A stretch of DNA of 64,000 bases from a virus, in IMG/VR virus record IMGVR_UViG_3300032291_001296, positions 39,354 through 103,353 of that record; one strand, written 5' to 3'. The translations under genes and the position numbers were made by a program. Every line of letters starts with the position of its first letter. Position 1 is the stretch's first letter. A model generated the notes under the pieces. The model was given only the letters and a program-made list of their open reading frames with translations, was not told the origin of the DNA and made no database searches. Positions 41,365-49,791 of the stretch are shown one piece after another.

Positions 41365-42453
41365 TTAAACTGGTCTATATTGAATATAATAACAAGCCAC
41401 TACTGGTTGTATATTTGCGTGAGGAAGTCCTCCGCCTGTATTTGGATTATTAGTTAGTGAAACTGTAATACCTGTACTACTGCTACTAGTAGTATAAGTT
41501 GTAGGTGCTGATGTAGTACCAATATATCCAGCACCAGTAAAACCATAAGATGATTGTACTTGATATGTATGTGTATGTTCAGGATCGTTAAAATTTAATA
41601 CATTAGGATGTACGTGTGCAGGAATCTGTGTAGATGTAAGTGTTATTTGATTTGCACCAGCAGCATCACCTAAAGAATAATTTGGATTAGCTCCACTAAC
41701 AGCAGGATCAACTACAGGATTCATTGATGGTCCAGGAACACCATTGATAACACCTGTTAAAGCTCTACCTCTTAAATCAGGAGTTCCATTATTTCCATTA
41801 CATAAAAATATTCTATTCCAATCACCTGTACCTGCTCCAGACGAATCAAAGAATCCTGATATAGGTCCAAAGTAAGGAAGTACAGCGTAAGGAACCATTC
41901 TATTACTAATCAATCCAGATGTTGAACTGTCTAAATATGCTTGAATTAAAACATCAAGTTGACTAAGTTGTACATATGTATTAGGAAGATCAATTAGCAA
42001 TTGTGAAAACTGACTATCTAATGCACAAAGTTTATTTATTACAGCTTGTAATATGTCGTGTGTATCTGAAGAAGCTGTAACATCTGCTAAACAATCTTCT
42101 GGTAACGTGTAATCAGCATTTAATTCAGCAAGTTCTGCTACAACAACATCAATTTGTTCTTGAAGAGTACAAGCAGCTTGTGTAAGAGCTGATAATATAT
42201 TATTTAATGTAAGAGCTCCACAGTCTGGTAAATACTGTTTTACGACATTACAAATTATAGTGTTATCTATAATTGGTATAATTCCGGTACCATCTAATGT
42301 AGATGTAAGGAATGTAATAAGAGCTTGTTCTACAAAAGATAAAGAATCTCCTGTTTGGATCCCTAAGACAGGAACATCTATTCCTGTATATTTAACACAT
42401 CTGTCAGAGACAATCTCTGTACATCCGTTATAACAATTTGAGCAATTGGACAT
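41365..42453 (-). CDS. Tail fibre-like protein with phage tail collar domain
   Basis: Probable start MSNCSNC at 42453. FLCNGNNGTPDLRGR...ITLTSTQIPAHVH...GGGLPHANIQP is the tail-collar signature. Confidence 0.8.
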   Translation of the reverse strand: MSNCSNCYNGCTEIVSDRCVKYTGIDVPVLGIQTGDSLSFVEQALITFLTSTLDGTGIIPIIDNTIICNVVKQYLPDCGALTLNNILSALTQAACTLQEQIDVVVAELAELNADYTLPEDCLADVTASSDTHDILQAVINKLCALDSQFSQLLIDLPNTYVQLSQLDVLIQAYLDSSTSGLISNRMVPYAVLPYFGPISGFFDSSGAGTGDWNRIFLCNGNNGTPDLRGRALTGVINGVPGPSMNPVVDPAVSGANPNYSLGDAAGANQITLTSTQIPAHVHPNVLNFNDPEHTHTYQVQSSYGFTGAGYIGTTSAPTTYTTSSSSTGITVSLTNNPNTGGGLPHANIQPVVACYYIQYRPV

Positions 42454-42472
42454 ATTATTTATTTTAAAAGGT

Positions 42473-42835
42473 TTAAGCTGTTGTAGTAGTTGTTGTTGTA
42501 GGATTTGGTACAATTGTAATATCACAAGGAATCTCTACACAAGGTTCTGGAGTATTACATCTACTAACGCATCCCACTGTAAGACGAATCACTCTACTAG
42601 CTATCATCTGTACAGAGTATTTACTAACATAATCAGGATTACAATACTTATGAGTTAGTATCCTTCTATATGCTATTAATTGAAGTATGTCACCAGCAGG
42701 TATAGGTTTGTTCAACATATATGAAATATTGTTGTACAAATTATTACCAAGCTCTGCTAACTTGCAATCTATTTTTTTAAGTAAAGAAGGAATGTTAGCA
42801 CATTCTGGGCAATCAGTTAATCTTGGTGATAACAT
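42473..42835 (-). CDS. Hypothetical structural protein with Cys pairs and Thr tail, 120 aa
   Basis: ORF track; in operon; ends PNPTTTTTTTA. Confidence 0.7.
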   Translation of the reverse strand: MLSPRLTDCPECANIPSLLKKIDCKLAELGNNLYNNISYMLNKPIPAGDILQLIAYRRILTHKYCNPDYVSKYSVQMIASRVIRLTVGCVSRCNTPEPCVEIPCDITIVPNPTTTTTTTA

Positions 42836-42847
42836 AATGTCTATATT

Positions 42848-42943
42848 TTATTTGTTTACTTTAGCTGCACAGGTGCCACATAGTCCATTTTTCAATTGAC
42901 ATCCACACCCCACTTTAGCTCCACATGAATTACATTGTGCCAT
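42848..42943 (-). CDS. 31-aa Cys-rich mini-protein
   Basis: Hand translation gives MAQCNSCGAKVGCGCQLKNGLCGTCAAKVNK*. It fills the gap between two operon genes. Confidence 0.7.
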   Translation of the reverse strand: MAQCNSCGAKVGCGCQLKNGLCGTCAAKVNK

Positions 42944-42945
42944 AA

Positions 42946-43509
42946 TTAATAAAAGTTTAGTAAGTAGTTACTACCAGAGCAACCACAGTTTGATCTTAAA
43001 AAGTTGTTTAACATATTATCTGCTTGAGCATATAATCTGTTTGATTCATATTCTGCACAGTTATTAGCTGCTGCAATCGCTCCTTGAATAAAGAAGTTGA
43101 TTGTATTTAAATCTACACTAGATTGTGTTTTAAGTGCTCTATCGCACTCCATCATATTTAATTGTAAAAACGCATTGTCAAACTTCTCTTGAAGTCTGTC
43201 AACACGTAGTATTGTTTTTTCTACATAGTTTGCATATGCAGGAGCAACAGAATATTTAATTCTATACACTCCATCAGGAAGAGGTTGATTACAACCTACT
43301 TCTGTTATCCCTAAATTAGATGATGTGAATACATTGGTTTCATTAGGAACAAAAGGTAATATCTTGGTTCCAAATCCTGGTATATCAATCTCAATAGATG
43401 GTGCAGAAACCACTGGAGGATTTGTAGGATATACAGATGCATCTGTAACACCAAGTGTAAGTACACTATAAGTAGGAACTACTAATATATCTAATTGTAA
43501 GTTTGCCAT
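42946..43509 (-). CDS. Structural protein (putative tail hub/collar-associated), 187 aa
   Basis: LPDGVYRIKYSVAP motif and a Cys-containing helical C-terminus. Position in the structural operon. Confidence 0.6.
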   Translation of the reverse strand: MANLQLDILVVPTYSVLTLGVTDASVYPTNPPVVSAPSIEIDIPGFGTKILPFVPNETNVFTSSNLGITEVGCNQPLPDGVYRIKYSVAPAYANYVEKTILRVDRLQEKFDNAFLQLNMMECDRALKTQSSVDLNTINFFIQGAIAAANNCAEYESNRLYAQADNMLNNFLRSNCGCSGSNYLLNFY

Positions 43510-43525
43510 GTTTGTTTTAAATAAA

Positions 43526-43566
43526 TATGCCAGAGGAATATGAGTTATCCTCTTTCCCCTGGCATA
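43526..43566 (-). terminator. Intergenic stem-loop
   Basis: TATGCCAG..CTGGCATA inverted repeat between the 397-aa and 187-aa genes. Confidence 0.45.
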
Positions 43567-43596
43567 GGTTATTATTAATTTACTCTTCTTTTATTC

Positions 43597-44790
43597 TTAA
43601 GGAATAAGAGTAGAAGTAGATGTTGTTGTAGTTGCAGGAGCACTAGAAGTAGTAGTTGTTGTAGTGATACAAGCATTGTCATCAACTACAGTACCTAAAG
43701 CACCTTCTAAAATTGCTTGGAACTCATCTGTAAGATCGTAACCACCTTGAGGAACAGCAAGAATTACTGTAGAGTCTTCCATGATGTAATCACCCCATTG
43801 GTAAGCAGCTTTATCATACTCATTGAATTTGATATAGAATGTGTTGTAAGTAGCACCATCAGATACCCAAGACTCAAAGTTCTCGTTGTATCCATTCATT
43901 CTATATAAATGTTTCAAGTAACCAGCTTGGTAGCTGTAGAAGTTTTTCTCTAATTGAGCAATCTCTGCAGATGTACCACTAGCATAAGAAGCTCGTTGAG
44001 TAACAACAGGAGTAGCAACATAGTTACAAGCATCAGCAACGATAAAGTCAGCAGTTGTAGCAGGACCAGAGTAAACAAAAGTTCTAAACCACATTCTGTC
44101 ATATTCAAATGGGAACGCTGCTACATCACAAGGTTGACCATATTTAGTTAATGGTTTTCCTGTAATACGTAAGGTAGTTCCACCTACATTTTCAAATGTA
44201 AAGAATGTAGAGAAAGAAATGTTGTCAGGGTTGTTTCCTGGAGCTTTTAAGTTTAATTGATAGATCAATTCATCGATGATAGTGTTGTCACTTACATCAG
44301 CACATGGATTAGAATCACACTCACAACATGGAGCTTGGATAGTTACTGAACGAGTGAAACCATTGAAATACAATGTATCAATATAAGAAGAGTGAGCACG
44401 TAAAGTTAACGTGATAACTTCTCCACATTGTACAGTGAAATTAGTTACATCAGTAATTTGATTAGCAGCAGTTGGACATCCTGTAACTTTGTACCATTCT
44501 GTTACATTAGAATTTTTTGTTGTGATTGTTTGAGCATTACCTGTTAATGCAGTTGTTTGAACTCCAATCTTGTCAGATCTTTTAGATCCTTGTAAATAAG
44601 TGTTTGTTCTACCTTGTGCAATGTAAAAATACGGAGCACTTTTAATAGTCGTACTAGTTACAGCATTATACACATTGTTAAAGATTCCCACAATACCTTG
44701 ATCTAGGTCTTGTGTTGATGTACCAGGACTAGGGACAGCATCTTGCCCTACTGGAACCACGAATAACGTGGTTAATGAAAAATCAGCCAT
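43597..44790 (-). CDS. Structural protein (capsid auxiliary/decoration-like), 397 aa with Thr tail
   Basis: Beta-rich ORF downstream of the capsid module; C-terminal ITTTTTTSSAPATTTTSTSTLIP. Confidence 0.6.
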   Translation of the reverse strand: MADFSLTTLFVVPVGQDAVPSPGTSTQDLDQGIVGIFNNVYNAVTSTTIKSAPYFYIAQGRTNTYLQGSKRSDKIGVQTTALTGNAQTITTKNSNVTEWYKVTGCPTAANQITDVTNFTVQCGEVITLTLRAHSSYIDTLYFNGFTRSVTIQAPCCECDSNPCADVSDNTIIDELIYQLNLKAPGNNPDNISFSTFFTFENVGGTTLRITGKPLTKYGQPCDVAAFPFEYDRMWFRTFVYSGPATTADFIVADACNYVATPVVTQRASYASGTSAEIAQLEKNFYSYQAGYLKHLYRMNGYNENFESWVSDGATYNTFYIKFNEYDKAAYQWGDYIMEDSTVILAVPQGGYDLTDEFQAILEGALGTVVDDNACITTTTTTSSAPATTTTSTSTLIP

Positions 44791-44818
44791 TTTAATTTAT
44801 TTTAAATGTTAATAAAGT

Positions 44819-45550
44819 TTATTCGTTTGTTTGTATTCTGTAGGCTGCACTTTGTACTGCAGATTGGTTTTCAGTATACATTGCTAGATTCTGCACTGTT
44901 AAATCTAAAAGTTCATCTTCTAAATAAGTTTCAAGCTCACAATCAGCATCATAAGATGGCTCACCATCTAACATGATATATCCTGTTTTATTTATGTACA
45001 CTGGATATCTCATGTACATTATCTGTATATTCTTAGGGGTAAAAGTACCATCAGTGAATATACTTATTTCATCAGAAGCAAGAAAGTTAAATGTTTCTTG
45101 GTATTCAAATGAAGGTTTGTAATGATCGTTATTCATAATGAACTGAAGATCACCATGTTTAGCAAGATCTCTGTTAATCCAGATTCTTCTATCTTTACAT
45201 CTTCCTTTGTCTGCTATCACATAGCTATCAACATAGAACATATATTTTGGTTCAAGTAGATGAACATTAGCAGACCATTGATTTAAGTCAGGATCTTTTA
45301 ATGTTAATGTTAATGGTTGATGGTTATAATCTAATACAAGACTTTGTAAGTCTTCATATCGTTTCTTAAAAGAATCCATTCCCATACCATTTGCAACACT
45401 TATGCCATCAACTTTTTGTTTTATCAACTTAATCTGAGCCTCATTCAAAGCTAAGATCTTATCTTCTAACTGAATCTGTTGATGCTCATTAGTTGATAGC
45501 TTATTCAATCTTTGGTCAATCTTGTATAATAAACTATCTACTGGTATCAT
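44819..45550 (-). CDS. Head-tail ring/adaptor protein, 243 aa
   Basis: LNEAQIKLIKQ..RYEDLQSL..YMRYP..CEL...DELLDLTV pattern seen in crAss-like ring proteins. Confidence 0.65.
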   Translation of the reverse strand: MIPVDSLLYKIDQRLNKLSTNEHQQIQLEDKILALNEAQIKLIKQKVDGISVANGMGMDSFKKRYEDLQSLVLDYNHQPLTLTLKDPDLNQWSANVHLLEPKYMFYVDSYVIADKGRCKDRRIWINRDLAKHGDLQFIMNNDHYKPSFEYQETFNFLASDEISIFTDGTFTPKNIQIMYMRYPVYINKTGYIMLDGEPSYDADCELETYLEDELLDLTVQNLAMYTENQSAVQSAAYRIQTNE

Positions 45551-45579
45551 ATATTTTTATATTTTTAAAAACTAGCCTC

Positions 45580-46548
45580 TTAAATAGAAGCTAGTTTTTT
45601 AGTTTTTAGTTTGCCTTCTAATATTAATAACTCATCTTGGTTATCATCATCAACAAGGAATTTAATTAAATCTTGCTCATCTTTAGCTATTTCAAACTCA
45701 CCTTCATAAACTTTACCATTTGGTTTAACTCGGTAAACTGAATGTGCAATTGCTTGTTTAACTAAATCTTGTATATGGAGTAAATCTTCTTTCATGTCAG
45801 CAAATCTATTGAACACTTCAACTGGATTCAATCCTGAATATTTACCATTCTTGAATTCTGTTTGTTTCAATACATTATCTACTTGATTGTAAACAACTTC
45901 TTCTTTAGTATCCTCTGAAACTGGAAGTCCTAAAAGTCTTGCAACTTTACGTTTCTTATCAGGAGTCATACTATCAAATTTAACAATTGCTTTATTGATC
46001 AATTGTTTTTTCTTGAAGATCACTGCATTTTCAATCTCATCATCAACAATATAAAATTGTGTATCTGCTGGATAATCTCCTCTTTCCCATGCTTGGTAAG
46101 AAGATGCAATAGTAGGATGTACTCTTAACCATGAAAAGGCTATCTCTTGGAAAGGAACTGATAGATCAAAGAAATTATCACCATCTAGTAACTTAACTGG
46201 TTGTACGTGTGTTACATCATCTGTAGAAGTTGATAACCCATAGTTCCAAAACTTAGAACGAGGTCCTAAATCAATATCACCTAATTCATTTTCAAGTTTT
46301 GTTCTAAGAGCAGTTACTCTTTCTATTTCTAACTCTTTTTCAAGTGGATCTGAAATTCTTTTGATGTAAGTAGCATCTGGATCTAATCCTGTTCTATATT
46401 TACCATCTAATTCTTTGTAAGGATATTTAAAAACTCCTGTTCCAGGAATTCTTGTCATACCTTTTTGCGAAAGTCCACTGTCCATTGTTTGCAGTTGAGA
46501 ACTGTTATACTCACGTTTTATCGTAGAGATTTTGCCTGTTTTACCCAT
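45580..46548 (-). CDS. Conserved crAss-like protein downstream of MCP, 322 aa
   Basis: Synteny; YRTGLD, FDLS.P...WL..HP.IA.S motifs. Confidence 0.65.
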   Translation of the reverse strand: MGKTGKISTIKREYNSSQLQTMDSGLSQKGMTRIPGTGVFKYPYKELDGKYRTGLDPDATYIKRISDPLEKELEIERVTALRTKLENELGDIDLGPRSKFWNYGLSTSTDDVTHVQPVKLLDGDNFFDLSVPFQEIAFSWLRVHPTIASSYQAWERGDYPADTQFYIVDDEIENAVIFKKKQLINKAIVKFDSMTPDKKRKVARLLGLPVSEDTKEEVVYNQVDNVLKQTEFKNGKYSGLNPVEVFNRFADMKEDLLHIQDLVKQAIAHSVYRVKPNGKVYEGEFEIAKDEQDLIKFLVDDDNQDELLILEGKLKTKKLASI

Positions 46549-46583
46549 AATGTAGTTATTTAATAATATTTGGTTTAATTAGT

Positions 46584-46781
46584 AGAGTGATCCCATTGAA
46601 GGGAACAGCGACCAGGGACACCCCAATCCATCACTCTTTCACTTAGTTACATTGCTATGCAAGAGGCTTTACTAAGCAGAATCTTTTTTTAAAGTGCAGG
46701 TGCTAAGGCAAATGCTTAGTTAGGCACTAGGGTTGAGAATCATCCCCTCTAGGAGGGAGAGGAGGTGAGGGGATTCTTCTC
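46584..46781 (-). promoter_or_regulatory. Structured intergenic element after the MCP gene
   Basis: Three GC-rich stem-loops: AGAGTGAT/ATCACTCT (46584-46637), GTGC..CTAAG/CTTAG..GCAC (46694-46727), ATCCCCTC/GAGGGGAT within 46735-46781. Confidence 0.55.
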
Positions 46782-46793
46782 GGAATTTTATTA

Positions 46794-48356
46794 TTAGAAT
46801 TGTGGCATTTCCTCAATCAACACAGTTCTAGAAAGATCTTCGATAAATACATCACATCTGTCTTTCATCCAGATTTCGTATCCTGGGAATTTGTTAGCAG
46901 AACTCATACCTTGAGATTTAGCAAAACCTAAGTGGTGACGAGTACCATCAATATAACCCCATGTCATAGAAGGAGCACCTTTCATACGTACTTCTCTAAT
47001 GTTGTTTACCATTGAACCATCAGACATTGGAGAAACATCAAACACCATAAATACTGGAGTAGATTTTTTGTTTTGTCCAAACTCTAAGTTAGTTTGTGGT
47101 AAATCTAATTCTTTTAAGTGAATCAATTCAACACGTCCAGTCTCACGAGTTACCATTGCATCAAATGCAAAGTTGTAAGTGATGTGTTGTCCTTCTCCTT
47201 GCATATATCTGTTTCCAGAATCAGCCATGAAAGTAAGACCTGAATTTAATGCATCAGTTTTTAAAGCTTGTTGGAATACATCGAATCCAGCCTCATTAGT
47301 ATACATTTTAACACGTCTATCTTTCACATCCACTCTTCTGTAGAATAAATCTCCAAATACAGAACGGATTAAGTTAGCAGAGAATTCACCTCTATTATAT
47401 TGTACTAAGTTACCATTGTTTCTCATTCTGTGGTAAACACCAGCAGATGTACGTTTCAATTCTTGTTTAGAACCGTTAGTTTTAACTGTACCTGGTTTAG
47501 CCCAGATCATACGTTTAACTTTTAATTCTAACATAGATTTACGCATCCAGAACTCAATAAACGGTTCCCATTTAACATCGTTACGAGTTAAAGGTAATTG
47601 GTTTCTTCTTTGTGGAGCATATACTAAGATATCTAATGGCTTACCAGCAGAATCTCTCATCATTTTGTCATCAGCCCACTCAGTGATTTTGTGCTCATAT
47701 CCATATGCAGAACCTAAAGATTCGAACATAGTGATTTGCTCACCTAATCTTGGAAGACCTAATAAGTCTTGATCAAACTCACCAATAGCAGCATCAACTA
47801 ATTCTAGCTCAACTCCATATTGTAAGAAAATAGGGTTTACAAAGTCAACTGTTGGATTATCAGTTACTAATGTAAATGAATACAAGAATCCCATATTCCA
47901 AGGCACTGGATCTTTGATTACATAGAATCTAGGACCATACTGACGTGTACCTACAGAGACGATAGCATTTTTAGAGAATTCATTAGTATCTAATACTAAA
48001 GTAAATTCTTGACCATCAATACCTGTTTTACCAGCATCAATTAAATCTTGTGTAGATGTAGGGATGTCAATGATTTTTGGGAATTTGTAAGGAACAGCGA
48101 TTTGCCATTTCCAAGCATCACTATTATTATCGATGTAATAAGGTGTGCTTTTGTTGATCATGTCCAAAAAGTCATTACTGTACAATGAGCTCTGAGTATA
48201 TAAAGAGATAATCTTTTTATCATAATCTGCAGGCTCAGTAGAGTGAAAACTCTCTAAGTGGTTAGAGTCTGTAAGCTTACCAACAGCACGTTTGTCCATA
48301 GACGCTACACGAGCATAAGTAAAACCTGTTAACCCTGGGATTGTTTGAATTGCCAT
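46794..48356 (-). CDS. Major capsid protein, 520 aa
   Basis: Size and position in the portal - acidic protein - MCP order. MYTNEAGFDVFQ and YIDGTRHHLG motifs resemble crAss-like MCPs. Confidence 0.85.
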   Translation of the reverse strand: MAIQTIPGLTGFTYARVASMDKRAVGKLTDSNHLESFHSTEPADYDKKIISLYTQSSLYSNDFLDMINKSTPYYIDNNSDAWKWQIAVPYKFPKIIDIPTSTQDLIDAGKTGIDGQEFTLVLDTNEFSKNAIVSVGTRQYGPRFYVIKDPVPWNMGFLYSFTLVTDNPTVDFVNPIFLQYGVELELVDAAIGEFDQDLLGLPRLGEQITMFESLGSAYGYEHKITEWADDKMMRDSAGKPLDILVYAPQRRNQLPLTRNDVKWEPFIEFWMRKSMLELKVKRMIWAKPGTVKTNGSKQELKRTSAGVYHRMRNNGNLVQYNRGEFSANLIRSVFGDLFYRRVDVKDRRVKMYTNEAGFDVFQQALKTDALNSGLTFMADSGNRYMQGEGQHITYNFAFDAMVTRETGRVELIHLKELDLPQTNLEFGQNKKSTPVFMVFDVSPMSDGSMVNNIREVRMKGAPSMTWGYIDGTRHHLGFAKSQGMSSANKFPGYEIWMKDRCDVFIEDLSRTVLIEEMPQF

Positions 48357-48393
48357 TGTTATTTGTTTTTGTTAATTATTAAATTATTTTTTG

Positions 48394-49650
48394 TTATAAA
48401 AACCATGAATTAGGTTTAGCTCCTGAACCACCAGCTGTTTTAGCTTTGGTAACTTGTCTTGCAACTTCTCCAAACAGTTCGTTAGATTTCTTCGTAACAC
48501 CTGTTCTTTGTATAGTTGATAATGTAGGATCTTTCTCTAACATTTTAAGTAGAAGTCCAATCTTAACTTTTTGTTCATGGTTTTCTGGTCTCTTCAAATC
48601 AAGAATAGCACGATCAAAATCTGTAAGGGTTTCTCCTGTAGGAGTTTTCCATTTATCGACTAATAAGAAGTCTTGTAGTTCTGTTGCTAATTTTGGATTG
48701 ATAGGAATACCATCAAACTCTTTTGCTTTCACCTTATCTTGTAAGATGGATTGCACATTATTTATGTACTGATTTTTAATAGCTTGTTTTTGTTGTAACT
48801 CTTGTTGAGCATTAGCTTCCATTTGTTGCAACTTAGCTGCTTCTTTTTTAACCAGCACTTTATGATGTTTTGTAGCTACATTTTCAAGATCACCATAATT
48901 CTGAAGTCTTTCGATCTCTGAATCAATATCATCATGGTCAAAACCTTGATCAGCTAACGCTTGTTTCATTATTCTCACTTGATTACTTTCATCAGAAAGA
49001 TCCATCTCAGCGAAGTTAACTACTTGGTTGTATGTACCAAAGTAATCTTTAGGATTAACTCCTTTTACAAATATGGCTTCAAAAGCTTCTTGGTAATCTT
49101 CTCCAAATTGTCCTATGAAATTTTGTACCATCTCAGAGGCACCTTTTTTCTTTTCTGTTTCAAAACGTTCTAAGAACTCTTCTGCAGTGGTTACTGGTTG
49201 TGGATCTTCATCATCAGCAGTGAATACTCCTAGTTTATAAAGATCATTTGCAAGAGCAGTAAATTGAGTTCCTTGTGGTTCATCATCATCATCATCTGCA
49301 TTATCATCAGTAGCTACTGGTGCTTTTGCTTTTGCTGGTGCTGGTGGTGTGTCATCATCATCTTCTTCTTCATCAGTATTATCACCTAAGAAGTTCGATA
49401 TTAAAGATTGTCCTTTTTCTTTGTCATCAGCATCATCATCAACTGGTGCCACCTCTTTACCTTTTGGTACTGCTGGTTTAGCAGCAGGTGTAGCAGGCTC
49501 TGCTTCTTTAATAATTGGTTGAACATCCTCTGGATTAGAAGATGCTGTCTCAGGAGAAAACAAGTCATTCAATAGTTCTTGGTTACCCATCCCCATTTCC
49601 ATAGTATCCTGGATACTAAAGTTTCCCATAGTTTCTAAATTATCAGCCAT
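48394..49650 (-). CDS. Acidic protein between portal and MCP (putative scaffold), 418 aa
   Basis: Asp/Glu/Pro-rich N-terminal half and helical C-terminal half; conserved crAss-like position. Confidence 0.7.
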   Translation of the reverse strand: MADNLETMGNFSIQDTMEMGMGNQELLNDLFSPETASSNPEDVQPIIKEAEPATPAAKPAVPKGKEVAPVDDDADDKEKGQSLISNFLGDNTDEEEDDDDTPPAPAKAKAPVATDDNADDDDDEPQGTQFTALANDLYKLGVFTADDEDPQPVTTAEEFLERFETEKKKGASEMVQNFIGQFGEDYQEAFEAIFVKGVNPKDYFGTYNQVVNFAEMDLSDESNQVRIMKQALADQGFDHDDIDSEIERLQNYGDLENVATKHHKVLVKKEAAKLQQMEANAQQELQQKQAIKNQYINNVQSILQDKVKAKEFDGIPINPKLATELQDFLLVDKWKTPTGETLTDFDRAILDLKRPENHEQKVKIGLLLKMLEKDPTLSTIQRTGVTKKSNELFGEVARQVTKAKTAGGSGAKPNSWFL

Positions 49651-49681
49651 ATGTAGTTGTATTTATTTTGGTTTATTTATG

Positions 49682-49712
49682 TAAAAGTAGAACAACACTA
49701 TTTAATATCAAA
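49682..49712 (-). promoter_or_regulatory. Bacteroidota sigma-A-type promoter for the scaffold/MCP unit
   Basis: Minus strand TTTG (49712-49709), 19 nt spacer, TACTTTTA (49689-49682). Confidence 0.5.
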
Positions 49713-49766
49713 GTGTTATTGATCTATATGATCCAATTTTCCAGATAATATAGCATTATTATTTTT

Positions 49767-49786
49767 TTCTCCCCCGAAGAGGAGAA
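49767..49786. terminator. Hairpin just downstream of the portal stop
   Basis: Minus strand TTCTCCTC-TTCG-GGGGAGAA (cUUCGg tetraloop). The T run follows it on the plus strand. Confidence 0.5.
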
Positions 49787-49791
49787 GTTTT

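Noticed and set aside
38394-42453. Diversity-generating retroelement target in the fibre genes
   Set aside because: There is no reverse transcriptase in the window, and the duplicated modules differ at all base types rather than only at adenines.
28365-43670. GTAGTAGTT-type repeats as a CRISPR array or microsatellite
   Set aside because: There is no constant repeat-spacer period; they are degenerate Thr/Ser codon runs within ORFs.
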